A DNA stretch of 64,000 nucleotides from Nitrosopumilus sp. GTDB taxonomy: Archaea; Thermoproteota; Nitrososphaeria; Nitrososphaerales; Nitrosopumilaceae. Shown here one piece after another: positions 50,024-60,715 of the stretch. Made by a program: the position numbers and the translations under genes. The first letter of the stretch is position 1. Each line of letters begins with the position of its first letter. The DNA lies in assembly GCA_965219345.1 (NCBI GenBank), contig OZ244732.1, positions 224,001 to 288,000 on the forward strand, in the 5' to 3' direction. Under the pieces are notes generated by a model, which saw only the letters and a program-made list of their open reading frames with translations, did not search any database and was not told the DNA's origin.

Positions 50024-50219
50024 AACCAATAAAATATTTATTATTATTTAAGTTTTACATATGATTTATCAATTCTATCTTTGTTTAAAACAAACATTCG
50101 AAATTAAGTATTTTCTAATTCACTACCCAATATCAAAGAATCCATTTTATAAGACATATGTACAAAAATACAAATTCTAAAAAAATTTGATATTTCTAAT
50201 AAATCAATAATTTTTTTCT

Positions 50220-51704
50220 TTATTTTTTTCCAAGATTTAGAACTAGCTCATCTATAGAATCAAGTGCAAATTCCAGATTGTTTTTAATCTCATCAGCAAT
50301 TTCTTCAGGAGATGGTAAATTTTCAATATCCTCTAAAGAATCATCTTTTAGCCAGAAAATATCTAACGATACTTTGTCTCTTTTTATCAAATCATCATAA
50401 GAATAGGCATGAAATCTGTCTGTTTCCTTTCTTTTTAGAATATTTTTTGCATTGTAACACTTTACAAAATCATTCAAATGTTCTCGATCTAGTTGATTTT
50501 CTTTTAATGTAAAATGTTGATTTGTTCTAAAGTCATAAATCCATAGTTTCTCAGTCCAGGCTTTTCCATCTGTTCTTGCAGGCTTTTTATCAAAGAATAA
50601 CACATTTGCCTTTACACCACCTGCATAAAATATTCCTGTAGGTAATCGAAGTAAAGTATGACAGTTCATTTGTTCTAACATTCCTCTTCTTACAGTTTCT
50701 CCGGCACCTCCTTCAAACAATACATTGTCTGGAACTACGATTGCACACCGTCCATTATTTTTAAGAATTGTTTTCACATGCTGTAAAAAATTTAACTGCT
50801 TGTTTGATGTACTAGCCCAAAAATCATCTCTTTCATACGATAATGTTTCACGTTCAGCTTTTCCTGTTTCAGAAAAAATTACTGTACTTGATTTTTTTCC
50901 AAATGGAGGATTAGTCATTATTACATCAAATCGATCGTTTGGAACAGAAATTAATGAATCTCCTGCAACAATCTGGCTTTCAGTTGAGCCAATACCATGC
51001 AGATACATGCTCATTGCACATAATCTAACCACTTCTGTTACAATATCCCAACCCTTGAATGTTTTATTCTTGAGAAATTTCTTTTCATCGGGATCTAATT
51101 GAAATTTCTTTATCAAGTATTTGTGTGATGATAAGAAAAATCCACCAGTACCACATGCAGGATCTCCTATCGTCTCTTTTGGTTTTGGTTGTATGACATC
51201 AACTATTGCATCAATTAATGCACGCGGTGTAAAGTACTGACCTGCACCACTCTTAACATCCTCTGCATTTTTTTCTAATAATCCTTCATAGATCTCACCT
51301 TTGACATCAATATCCATTCCACTCCAGAGAATCTTGTCTTTGTCTTTTGAATCCCCATCAATTAGTTTGATCAGTCGCTCTAATTTTGCTGGATCTTGGA
51401 TTTTATTTTGGGATTTTCTGAAAATTACTCCTAATAATCCTCTTTCTTGAGCTAAATTCTCCAAAGCATGTCTATAGTGAGTCTCCAAGTCTCCACCTGT
51501 TTTTCCAGTTAATGTAGTCCAATCATATTTTACAGGAATAATTGATTTTTTCTTAAATGGTGGCTTTGTTTGTTCATCTGCCATCTTTAAGAATAGCAGA
51601 TTAGTTAATTGTTGGACATAATCCCCATAGGACACTCCATCATCTCTTAGCACATTACAGAAATTCCAGAGTTTTTGTACTATTATTGGTGCTTCATTTG
51701 ACAA
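50220..51704 (-). CDS. hsdM: Type I R-M N6-adenine methyltransferase subunit
   Basis: GQYFTPR, DPACGTGGF, NPPF, LRLPTGIFY motifs. Confidence 0.96.
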   Translation of the reverse strand: MSNEAPIIVQKLWNFCNVLRDDGVSYGDYVQQLTNLLFLKMADEQTKPPFKKKSIIPVKYDWTTLTGKTGGDLETHYRHALENLAQERGLLGVIFRKSQNKIQDPAKLERLIKLIDGDSKDKDKILWSGMDIDVKGEIYEGLLEKNAEDVKSGAGQYFTPRALIDAIVDVIQPKPKETIGDPACGTGGFFLSSHKYLIKKFQLDPDEKKFLKNKTFKGWDIVTEVVRLCAMSMYLHGIGSTESQIVAGDSLISVPNDRFDVIMTNPPFGKKSSTVIFSETGKAERETLSYERDDFWASTSNKQLNFLQHVKTILKNNGRCAIVVPDNVLFEGGAGETVRRGMLEQMNCHTLLRLPTGIFYAGGVKANVLFFDKKPARTDGKAWTEKLWIYDFRTNQHFTLKENQLDREHLNDFVKCYNAKNILKRKETDRFHAYSYDDLIKRDKVSLDIFWLKDDSLEDIENLPSPEEIADEIKNNLEFALDSIDELVLNLGKK

Positions 51705-53145
51705 TTTTTTTCCTCTTTGATGGTTTTTGGTTTTGTATTAACTGTTCTTTTTGTTGTTTTATCTTTTGTAATAAAATTTCCGCTGGTTCATCACTTGGAT
51801 CTTGTGGAACTAGCTTGCCTTCAAATGCTTTTTTGAGAGTGCTCTTTTTTAATTGATCAAGCTTGGTCAATGAATCATCGACTTGCTTTTCAATTGCGTC
51901 AATCCTGCCAAAGATTGATTCAATCTTTGAGACGATGCGGTGCTGTTCTAGGAGTGGTGGCAAAGATACTTTGATGGATTTGAGCTGTTTTCCCGTTATG
52001 GCTTTGAATGTAGTGCCAGTCCCTTTTTGGGAGATGTGGTTTTCCAAATATCTCAAATGGTAAAAAACATACGACATGTCTGCGACTTCCAGTGTTTTGA
52101 TTGCAGATAATCCACGCCCGATACAGCATGTCTCTGGGCTGATGTTTGTCGAACCCACCGGAGCTCTAACTGAAATCAAGATATCGTTTTTCTCGGCTGT
52201 CTTTTTTGGTGAATCACACCAAACTCTGGTTGTGGGATAAAATTCTCCAAAATCTGCTTTGCCTTGGAAAAATGGAAGTCCACTTCCTTCCTTGTTGTAT
52301 GTAGACGATGGTGGAGATTGTCCTAGTATGACAGTGGAGATGTTTTCTAGATCTGTCCTAATCCATCCTTTTGGCAGATCATCTTTTTCAAAAAATAATT
52401 CTTTGACAGAATCTTTATGAATTCTCTTCAAAAGAATTTCAGCTGGCTCATCATTAGGATCTTGCGGGAGAATCCTACCCTCAAAAGCCTGTTTGAGCAC
52501 GCTACTCTTCAACTGCACCAAGCTGCCAGAAGCTGATGTAACCTGTGATGCCAATCTCTCCAGGTTTTCCCGTATTGCATCAATCTGTGCGAAGATTGAT
52601 TCAATTTTGGATACGATGCGTTTTTGTTCGTTGAGTGGTGGGATTGGTATTGGAATTGATTCTACATCTGTTTTACGTATAGAAGGCACTGTTGTAGATC
52701 TAGATAAATTTCCAAGTTTTATAGTGATGAAAAAATAATACAAATATAAAATTTCAATAACGCTTTCATTAGAAATTAATCCCATTACATTATTATCAAA
52801 AAGGGAATCTGTTGAAGAAATTGCACGTCGGTTTAATTTTAAGGCTTCACCAATTTTTGCAAATACAATTGTTCCTTTAGGAAATAACTTTCCTTTCAAG
52901 AGATCACAGATTTCTTGAGATACATAATTGTCCGATTCATTTAACCATAAACAATTATTCCGAACGGTTTTTGAAATATCTCCTACTTTGTAGAAAGAAT
53001 ATTTTTCCTTTTTTCCCCCTTGGTAAATTTTTGGAAATCCTATTCCAGAATTTACAGTACATACCGCATCTAATTTAGTTTCTATCCATCCTTTAGGAAG
53101 ATCATCTGAATTATTACCAGTGGAAGCAATATTCTTTTCTGACAA
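51694..53145 (-). CDS. hsdS: Type I R-M specificity subunit (copy 2, complete)
   Basis: LPKGW starts of two TRDs, PPL.EQ.RIV, LK.AFEG...QDP.DEPA twice; overlaps the hsdM start. Confidence 0.93.
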   Translation of the reverse strand: MSEKNIASTGNNSDDLPKGWIETKLDAVCTVNSGIGFPKIYQGGKKEKYSFYKVGDISKTVRNNCLWLNESDNYVSQEICDLLKGKLFPKGTIVFAKIGEALKLNRRAISSTDSLFDNNVMGLISNESVIEILYLYYFFITIKLGNLSRSTTVPSIRKTDVESIPIPIPPLNEQKRIVSKIESIFAQIDAIRENLERLASQVTSASGSLVQLKSSVLKQAFEGRILPQDPNDEPAEILLKRIHKDSVKELFFEKDDLPKGWIRTDLENISTVILGQSPPSSTYNKEGSGLPFFQGKADFGEFYPTTRVWCDSPKKTAEKNDILISVRAPVGSTNISPETCCIGRGLSAIKTLEVADMSYVFYHLRYLENHISQKGTGTTFKAITGKQLKSIKVSLPPLLEQHRIVSKIESIFGRIDAIEKQVDDSLTKLDQLKKSTLKKAFEGKLVPQDPSDEPAEILLQKIKQQKEQLIQNQKPSKRKKIVK

Positions 53146-53291
53146 TTCATTGAATTAATTTTATCTTTATTTTAAGATTATTACAATAATTTCTTTCATA
53201 ATTTTTAATCATATTCCAATTGAAAATAAAAAATAGGTTAAATTATATTTTCAAACATTTGTACAAAAATAGATATTATAAGACCATAAGT

Positions 53292-54215
53292 ATGTTCACA
53301 TACAACACAAAACCAAGAAGTACGATACTCTTTGATGAATCTATAAAATCAGAATATACAAAAAAGAATTACAATAGTCATCTTAATTCATTCAAAAAGT
53401 TTGCCAAAATAAGCATCATAGACGAATTACTATTCATGCCGCAAGACAAACTACAAAACATACTAGAAGATTATCTAATAGAACTAAAACATACCACAAA
53501 TCCAAACACTATACCATCAAAGTTTCAAGGAATAAAGCATTTTTGTGTTATGAATGAAATCAATCTAAACTGGAATATAATACACAAACTGTTTCCACAA
53601 AAGCAGAAAACCCAAAGCTTGAGATCCTATACTGCAAAAGAGGTCAAGGAATTATTGTCAAACACAAAAAGCATTAGAAACAAGGCATTGATTCATTTTT
53701 TGGCCTCAACTGGTGCAAGAATTGGAGTATTTGACCATGAGTTACTAATCAAACATACTAGAAAAATGCCATTTGGTTGTATTGCAATCAAACTCTATGC
53801 AGATCATATTGAGGAATACTGGGCCTTTCTTACCACGCAGGCATCAAAAATATTGAATGCATACCATGAACAGCGTAAATTATATGGAGAGATATTTTAT
53901 GAAAATACTCCAGTTTTTACAATAAGAGATACATCAAAACAGCTTGGATGGAGTGGTGCAAGATCGGTAATATATAGAACAATATCAAAAAGCAACATAG
54001 ACAGATGCAAACAGGATAACCGTTACGATGTACAAGCAGACCATGGATTCAGAAAGAGATTCAACACCATACTCAAGATTAACAATTCTGTAAACTATAA
54101 CATTGCAGAAAAACTGATGGGACATAAAAACGGATTGGATGGCGTCTATTTTACGCCAACAGTAGAAGAATTGTTTGCAGAATTCAAAAAAATAATGCAT
54201 AAAATTGAGATCTAG
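53292..54215 (+). CDS. Tyrosine recombinase/integrase (intact)
   Basis: Catalytic set present: ASTGARIG (R), HGFRKRF (HxxR), LMGH, GVY (Y); ORF track start at 53220. Confidence 0.9.
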   Translation: MFTYNTKPRSTILFDESIKSEYTKKNYNSHLNSFKKFAKISIIDELLFMPQDKLQNILEDYLIELKHTTNPNTIPSKFQGIKHFCVMNEINLNWNIIHKLFPQKQKTQSLRSYTAKEVKELLSNTKSIRNKALIHFLASTGARIGVFDHELLIKHTRKMPFGCIAIKLYADHIEEYWAFLTTQASKILNAYHEQRKLYGEIFYENTPVFTIRDTSKQLGWSGARSVIYRTISKSNIDRCKQDNRYDVQADHGFRKRFNTILKINNSVNYNIAEKLMGHKNGLDGVYFTPTVEELFAEFKKIMHKIEI

Positions 54216-54329
54216 TCAAAATTAAATTCGTATTGTCCATTATACACGCAAAAATTTTGTGAATCATATGTGTGGGTATTTTTATAGGATTTTGACTATC
54301 AACCAAAAGATTACATTTAGATTGTTTTA

Positions 54330-55016
54330 TTATTCATCTGTCTTCTCTTTCTCAATTTTCTCTACATGGTAATCTAATTTCTTTATCATGTTAACGGTAA
54401 GATCCAAACTACTAATTAGTGGCCTGTCTTTTTCTGGATGAAGATTCTTTTTTATTTCCTTGATTCCAGACTCTGCTAGCATGCCTGCTAAATCTCGATA
54501 GTATTTTTTATGAGAATCACGATACTGATCCTCATTAATTTCATTCGTATTTCGGTATGTGGCATATTTTCCAGTAGATTGTGAAGATATTCCCTGTGGA
54601 TGAAATACAAATATTGCATCCAAGAGTTTTTGCATATTGTCCAAGCTAAAAACATCTTGGGCAAGATTTCTTTGTATATTCTTAAAGTGCTGTAGAACAT
54701 ATTCCTCCCCTACCAGATCAAAGCTTAGTGTGGATTTTATGATGCTGGCAGGCAGATTCGAATAATTCTGTCTAATGTATTCCCTATCTGAATTTTCAGA
54801 TGTCCTATCTGACGTTATGTTGGATATTCTAATTATCTCAGATAGCATCATAAAGGCATTTACGGAATTTGTTATCTTGGAGATAATGTCGTTTTTTGCC
54901 TTTGAGAGTCTTTTGGTCTCTGTCTTTGTTTGATTCCCAGTAGCAAACTGTTGGTTATGGTGACCTTTGAGAAAATCTAGTATCTTCTTTTCAAACGCGG
55001 TCAGCTCTTGTTCCAT
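54330..55016 (-). CDS. Hypothetical protein
   Basis: 228-aa ORF with no recognised motif. Confidence 0.65.
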   Translation of the reverse strand: MEQELTAFEKKILDFLKGHHNQQFATGNQTKTETKRLSKAKNDIISKITNSVNAFMMLSEIIRISNITSDRTSENSDREYIRQNYSNLPASIIKSTLSFDLVGEEYVLQHFKNIQRNLAQDVFSLDNMQKLLDAIFVFHPQGISSQSTGKYATYRNTNEINEDQYRDSHKKYYRDLAGMLAESGIKEIKKNLHPEKDRPLISSLDLTVNMIKKLDYHVEKIEKEKTDE

Positions 55017-55397
55017 TACTTCATAAATAGTGGATGTATATTAAAAGTCTACCAATATTTGAGAAAGTAATTTACTTGTGAAGCCTAGATTTTTTAATAA
55101 TATATTTAATAATTTCAATAACACAATACTACAGATAATAATCATAACATTAAGAGAAAGTGGAACCACTGGGTGAAAAACAATGGAAACAACTAACTGA
55201 CGCACTCAACAAAAGTCCAACTCCAGAAAAGACAATTTGTAAAAGAATCAGTAGAGTGTTTTAAACATCTAAAAGAACAAAAAGAATAGATCCCACATTG
55301 TCATCTGATGGCTTTTTGTTTATGGCAAAAAAATTATTGTATTTGCTACACTTGCAATGACGCATGTGAAAATAAAATGAATATCCTGAAAGAATAT

Positions 55398-55988
55398 TTA
55401 CAAAAGGATTCGATTTAAAAATTTTCCATCAAGTTTTATTGTTTCATCAACTGCGTCAAGTAAAGAGTTGTTTATAGCAAATCTTGAAAAATATGCCAAT
55501 ACAGTTTTAATTCCTACCTCTTTAGCTTTTTCAATAGCATACACAAAATCACTATCACTTGCAATTAGAATAACTTTATCTGTTTTCTTTTGCATGCTTA
55601 ATTGTACTATGTCAACTCCAATTTGTATATCTACACCTTTTTGATTAAATTGAAATTTTTGACAATCAGGATCCCATACTTTTTGTAATCTACCTAACTT
55701 GACTTCATATTGGCATGATTTTCCAACATTATATGAAATCGTTGTACATTTCTATACATCTCTGTTTCATGTTGTAGGAGGATTACTTACAGTTGGCATA
55801 CAGTTATGGCAAAAGGCATCAACTATAGTAGTAGAGTTACTTAGCTCAGAAATTAATTTGGCATAATCGATTTTGATATGTTTTGTTTTGCAACATTTTC
55901 CAACATATCCCGCATCAATGAAAATAGTAGAATTAACTGAACCGGCGTTGTCCAAGTTACCCTGACCAACACTGGCGGTCATATACAT
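55398..55988 (-). pseudogene. NYN/LabA (DUF88) PIN-fold protein pseudogene
   Basis: IFIDAGY...IDY.KL, QKGVDIQIGVDIV, ILIASDSDFV.A motifs split across frames. Confidence 0.82.
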
Positions 55989-56276
55989 ATAGTGGTATTA
56001 AAAAAATCTATTTAGTCTTTTCGGATACAAAATTCAATTATGCTTTATAAAAGGACAGATACCAAATTGCATGCAAAAAAGAGCACAGATAAAATGCAAG
56101 TTAACAGAGATGAGCAATAAATGGTAAATGAATCCCTGAAACATCTAGACAAGTTTGGATTTTTTGTGACTAGGAAAAATTTTTGTGTGTAAAAAGGTAT
56201 GGTTACTTTTTTCGATCAAATTTTGGAAAAAACAATTTTTGTAAACAACTTAATAGGATAATGACAGAAAGCGAGC

Positions 56277-56741
56277 ATGTCATTGAATATTGGAGATGTT
56301 GCTCCTGACTTTGAACTTCCAGATACAGAATTGAAGATGCGGACTTTGGATGAATTTAAAGGGGAAAAAATCGTACTATCATTCATAGTTGCTGCAAGTT
56401 CTCCAGTTTGTGAAGCTGAGCTATGTACACTTAGAGATTCCTGGCAAGAGATTTCAGATCTTGGCGCGCAAATAGTATCAATCAGTAATGATGGACCATT
56501 TGCAAACAAGGCATTTGCAGAAAAACACAACTTCAATTTTCCATTATTAGGAGATTATAACAGTAAAACAATTCGTGATTACGACATACTGATGAAAGAT
56601 TTGCTTCACATTAAAGACTACAATGCTGCAAAACGTTCTGTTTTCATAATAATGGAAGATGGAAAGATTGGTTACAGATGGGTTTCAGAAGATCCATTAA
56701 AAGAACCAAACTATGAAGAAATTAAAAATTTTCTAAAATAG
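56277..56741 (+). CDS. Peroxiredoxin (AhpC/TSA, BCP-like)
   Basis: GDVAPDFEL, PVCEAELC, FPLLGD, KRSVFII. Confidence 0.9.
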   Translation: MSLNIGDVAPDFELPDTELKMRTLDEFKGEKIVLSFIVAASSPVCEAELCTLRDSWQEISDLGAQIVSISNDGPFANKAFAEKHNFNFPLLGDYNSKTIRDYDILMKDLLHIKDYNAAKRSVFIIMEDGKIGYRWVSEDPLKEPNYEEIKNFLK

Positions 56742-56751
56742 AAAAAAATTT

Positions 56752-57264
56752 TTATTCTATTTCTGCAATAACGTAGCCTTTGGCAACGGTTTCAGTTTCC
56801 TTAACTTTAATTGATTTTATAACACCATCTTTGTGTGCTTTAATGGCTACCTGCATTTTCATGGACTCCAAAGTACAAACAACATCGCCTTTCTTTACAG
56901 AGTCTCCATCGGCAACTGCGATCGATACAACCTTTCCTGGAATTTGGCTTTTCAAAGCTAATTGTGCATTGCCAGTGCCACCTCCACCAGTGTTTTTGTA
57001 AACAATTTCATCAAAGTGGGCATGAACGTTTAGAGTAATTGGAACATTGTCAATTACAAGATTCATTTCACTTGTAGATTGTTCAAGATATTTTGCTCTG
57101 TGGTATTTTTGGTCCAAAATGAATTCAATTCCCTTTGAAGTCATATTAAGAATTTTTAGTTGGTGTTCGTTATCATTGATTTTAATTACATATTCATTGT
57201 TACCAAGGTTTTCTGTTATCTTTCCTTCAAATGACTTTTCAATATCTGGTATTTTATAATCCAT
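56752..57264 (-). CDS. accB: Acetyl/propionyl-CoA carboxylase biotin carboxyl carrier protein
   Basis: ESMKMQ biotinylation motif; operon context. Confidence 0.92.
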   Translation of the reverse strand: MDYKIPDIEKSFEGKITENLGNNEYVIKINDNEHQLKILNMTSKGIEFILDQKYHRAKYLEQSTSEMNLVIDNVPITLNVHAHFDEIVYKNTGGGGTGNAQLALKSQIPGKVVSIAVADGDSVKKGDVVCTLESMKMQVAIKAHKDGVIKSIKVKETETVAKGYVIAEIE

Positions 57265-57270
57265 GATTCA

Positions 57271-58758
57271 TCAATCCAATTTATTTTTCCAGTTGGAATT
57301 GTTGGCAGATTGGTTTTGTATGCGGCTCTTAAAGTATTCAGAATGAATTATTGCCGCAGCTAAAGCTGCTTCGCTTTTCTCCTCTCTTTCCTTCTTGAGA
57401 TCTTCAGTCAATCTATCAATCATGCCATGACGCTTGAGAAAATCAGTGGAAAGATCCCCGTTTTTGTATTCATCGGAGTTTAGAATTGTTTTGTATAGAG
57501 GAATTGATGTTTCTACTCCTTGAATGTAAAAGTCATTTAATGCTGCAAGCATTCTAGTTCTAGATTCTTCAAATGTTTGACCCCATGTGACAAGTTTTGC
57601 CATAAGTGAGTCATAAAATGGGGAAACTGTACAGCCAGGATACAGGTAGGTATCACATCGAACACTCGGCCCAGCTGGGATTATTACATCTGGAACAGGC
57701 CCGGTAGAGGGGGCAAAGTCCAAGAAAGTATCTTCTGCATTGATTCTACACTCTATTGCATAACCATTCATTTTGAGATCACCTTGTTTGAATGGAATTG
57801 GCTCTCCATTTGCAATATCTAATTGCAATTTAACCAAATCCAGTCCTGATACAAATTCTGTAATTGGGTGTTCTACCTGTAACCTAGCATTGATTTCAAT
57901 AAAGTAGAATTCGCCATTATCGGCTCTAAGAAATTCAGCGGTTCCCAAGTTAGTATAGCCAACCGCATCTGCTGCTTTACAGACCAACTCGCCTATACGT
58001 GCCCTTGTTTCTTCATCAACCACAGGTGAAGGAGTTTGTTCAATTAATTTTTGGTTACGCCTTTGAATTGAGCATTCTCTTTCAAAGATGTGAACTGTAT
58101 TACCATGAGTATCTCCAGCCATCTGGTATTCAATGTGTCGAGTTTTTTCAAGGAATTTTTCTACAAGAATGGCAGATTTCCCCACTGCCGCAATTGATTC
58201 TCCTGTAACAGATTCATAGCCTTCACGTAATTCTTTATCACTAGTTACAATCCTAATTCCACGACCACCCCCGCCATAAACTGATTTTAACATAACAGGA
58301 TATCCAATTTTATTTGCAATTTTTTCTGCGTCATCAGCATCTTTTACCAGGCCAGGACTGCCAGGAACAGTTGGAACTTTGGCTTTTAACATTGCAGCCT
58401 TACATTTCATTTTGTCACCACAAAGATCCATTGAATCTGCAGATGGGCCAATGAAGTTAATTTTATTTTTTTCACACAGTCTTGCAAAGTCATCGTTTTC
58501 AGAAAGAAAACCATAACCTGGATGAACAGCATCAGTACCAGATGATAGCATTACTTCAAGAATTTTTTCTTGGTTGAGGTATGATTTCGCAGGAGCTGCT
58601 TCCCCGATGCAATATGCTTCGGTAGCCTGTTTTACGTGTAAAGAATTGTAATCTTCATCAGAGTAAACTGCAACGGTTTTGATTCCAAGTCTCCTACATG
58701 TTCTAATTACACGTAAAGCAATTTCTCCTCTGTTTGCGATTAGTACTTTTTCAATCAT
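57271..58758 (-). CDS. accC: Acetyl/propionyl-CoA carboxylase biotin carboxylase subunit
   Basis: ANRGEIA, HPGYGFLSEN, GGGGRG, RECSIQRRNQK, RLQVEH. Confidence 0.96.
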   Translation of the reverse strand: MIEKVLIANRGEIALRVIRTCRRLGIKTVAVYSDEDYNSLHVKQATEAYCIGEAAPAKSYLNQEKILEVMLSSGTDAVHPGYGFLSENDDFARLCEKNKINFIGPSADSMDLCGDKMKCKAAMLKAKVPTVPGSPGLVKDADDAEKIANKIGYPVMLKSVYGGGGRGIRIVTSDKELREGYESVTGESIAAVGKSAILVEKFLEKTRHIEYQMAGDTHGNTVHIFERECSIQRRNQKLIEQTPSPVVDEETRARIGELVCKAADAVGYTNLGTAEFLRADNGEFYFIEINARLQVEHPITEFVSGLDLVKLQLDIANGEPIPFKQGDLKMNGYAIECRINAEDTFLDFAPSTGPVPDVIIPAGPSVRCDTYLYPGCTVSPFYDSLMAKLVTWGQTFEESRTRMLAALNDFYIQGVETSIPLYKTILNSDEYKNGDLSTDFLKRHGMIDRLTEDLKKEREEKSEAALAAAIIHSEYFKSRIQNQSANNSNWKNKLD

Positions 58759-60302
58759 AGATTGATGTTTCCGTGTTTTCTAGGTAGTTGTCTTTCTCTT
58801 TTGTTTTCAAGCATCCCAAGTGCTTTTATTAGCATAGGTCTTGTTTCAGCTGGATCAATTACATTGTCAACAGTTCCATGAGATGCGGCAACGTAAGGAT
58901 TTTCAAATTTTTCCGCAAATTCATCAATTAGTTCTTTTTTGAGAGGTTCAGGGTCTTTAGCTTTTGCAAGTTCCTTTCTATACATGATTTTTACGGCTGC
59001 TTCTCCGCCTAGAACTGCACATCTTGCAGTGGGCCACGCATAGTTAATGTCAGTTCCAAGATTTTTGCTTCCCATTGCAATGTAAGCCCCACCATATGCT
59101 TTGCCAATAACTAGTGTGATTCTTGGAACAGTAGCTTCACAAAATGCATAGAGTAATTTGCTTCCATGTCTAATGATGCCATTGTGTTCTTGATTAGAAC
59201 CAGGCATATAGCCGGGAGTATCCACCAAAGTGACAAGGGGTATGTTGAAGGAATCACAGAATCTGATAAAACGTGCAGCCTTGCTTGATGAGTCGATATC
59301 AAGTGCGCCTGCAAGATGCATGGGATTATTCGCGATAAATCCGACAACTCTACCATTCATTCGTCCATAGCCAACTACAATATTTGGTGCAAATAGCTTA
59401 TGTACCTCAAAGAATTCATGATTGTCAACAATTGAGTTAATGATGTCTTTCATGTCATATGGTTGCAAAGGATTTTCTGGAATTATGTTAATTAGATTAT
59501 GATCCAATCTATTTGGATCATCATCAGTCGTAGTTTTGGGCGGCTCCTCAGTATTATTTTGTGGAAGATATGAAAGTAATTTTTTGACATAATCCATGCA
59601 CTCGTATTCATTTTGCGCAACAAAATGTGCAACTCCACTTTTTGTACCATGTGTCATTGCGCCACCAAGATCATCAAATGAAATTTCTTCACCTAATACA
59701 GTCTTGACTACGTCAGGTCCTGTAACAAACATAGTTCCTATTTTGTCAACCATAATTACAAAGTCTGTCATTGCGGGAGAGTATACGGCACCGCCTGCTG
59801 AAGGACCAATGCTTGCAGTAATTTGTGGAATCACTCCAGAAGCTAATTGGTTGTAATAAAAGATATCTGCAAATCCATCAAGACTCATAATTCCTTCTTG
59901 GATTCTAGCACCGCCGGAATCCATTACACCTATGATCGGGCATCCTGTTTTAAGTGCATGTTCCGTAAGCTTAGTAATTTTTTTAGCTCCCATTCTACTC
60001 AATGTTCCACCAAGTAAAGTAAAGTCATATGCAAAGACAAAGATTTGTCTGCCATTTACTGTTCCATAACCACAAACCACACCATCTGTAAAGAATTTCT
60101 TTTTCTGCATATCATATTCATGATAATGGTGCGTTACCAATGGATCAATTTCGGTAAAAGTACCTTCATCAAGTAAAAGATTGATTCTTTCACGGGCAGT
60201 TAATTTACCCTTATCATGCTGAGCCTTGATTCTATCTTGGCCCCCTCCTTGTAATGCTGTGTTATTCTTTTTGGTGTATTCATCAATCTTTTCAGAATGC
60301 AT
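58755..60302 (-). CDS. pccB: Acetyl/propionyl-CoA carboxylase carboxyltransferase subunit (3-HP/4-HB cycle)
   Basis: GKLTARERI, DSGGARIQEG, GGAVYSPA, KAYGGAY, KHGNINL. Confidence 0.95.
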   Translation of the reverse strand: MHSEKIDEYTKKNNTALQGGGQDRIKAQHDKGKLTARERINLLLDEGTFTEIDPLVTHHYHEYDMQKKKFFTDGVVCGYGTVNGRQIFVFAYDFTLLGGTLSRMGAKKITKLTEHALKTGCPIIGVMDSGGARIQEGIMSLDGFADIFYYNQLASGVIPQITASIGPSAGGAVYSPAMTDFVIMVDKIGTMFVTGPDVVKTVLGEEISFDDLGGAMTHGTKSGVAHFVAQNEYECMDYVKKLLSYLPQNNTEEPPKTTTDDDPNRLDHNLINIIPENPLQPYDMKDIINSIVDNHEFFEVHKLFAPNIVVGYGRMNGRVVGFIANNPMHLAGALDIDSSSKAARFIRFCDSFNIPLVTLVDTPGYMPGSNQEHNGIIRHGSKLLYAFCEATVPRITLVIGKAYGGAYIAMGSKNLGTDINYAWPTARCAVLGGEAAVKIMYRKELAKAKDPEPLKKELIDEFAEKFENPYVAASHGTVDNVIDPAETRPMLIKALGMLENKRERQLPRKHGNINL

Positions 60303-60403
60303 AACAGTGATCTAAAGCATGAGAGTTTCCTATATTAATTTAGTTTGGTGATGGAAACATTGTCAGGTTTTTGCTAAAATTCAAGTATATTCGTTTTAGA
60401 AAT

Positions 60404-60715
60404 TTAGGAGTTGATAATTAAGAATTTCTTTTTTACTGATTTTTGGTAAGAACTAAAAGCATCCTTTTCCTCACTGCATTTCTTACAGATACATAATTGA
60501 GATACGTTTGGGATATCACAAGTTTCCTGAAATTCACATTGAGGGCAACCAGCAGGAGCACCACATACTGCACAGCGTAATTCATTAATTTCAGCACATT
60601 TTTCATGTTTTACACCCAATCCTTTGGCCCACAATCCAATTTCATTGACTTGAATTTTTTCATTACATACTAAACAAGTCCCTGGGAACTTCATAGGAAT
60701 TTTCCTCCAGCTCAT
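60404..60715 (-). CDS. Cys-rich putative zinc-binding protein
   Basis: Multiple CxxC/HxxC motifs. Confidence 0.75.
   Translation of the reverse strand: MSWRKIPMKFPGTCLVCNEKIQVNEIGLWAKGLGVKHEKCAEINELRCAVCGAPAGCPQCEFQETCDIPNVSQLCICKKCSEEKDAFSSYQKSVKKKFLIINS

Larger units (their letters stand above)
49761..51939. repeat. Inner inverted repeat pair flanking hsdM (49/53 identical)
   Basis: 49761-49813 versus reverse complement of 51887-51939, four mismatches. Confidence 0.92.
49161..52629. repeat. Outer inverted repeat pair within the two hsdS genes (50/50 identical)
   Basis: 49161-49210 is the exact reverse complement of 52580-52629. Confidence 0.95.
44060..56200. mobile_element. Genomic island 3 (R-M/defence island) between nuoA and the peroxiredoxin gene
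   Basis: Two integrase genes (one decayed), type I R-M, HEPN-like and NYN genes between core genes; att sites not identified, boundaries approximate. Confidence 0.6.

Noticed and set aside
43601-56175. Extra TCCTAG/CTAGGA hexamers as att sites for island 3
   Set aside because: They are too short to be significant and are not in a consistent direct-repeat arrangement.
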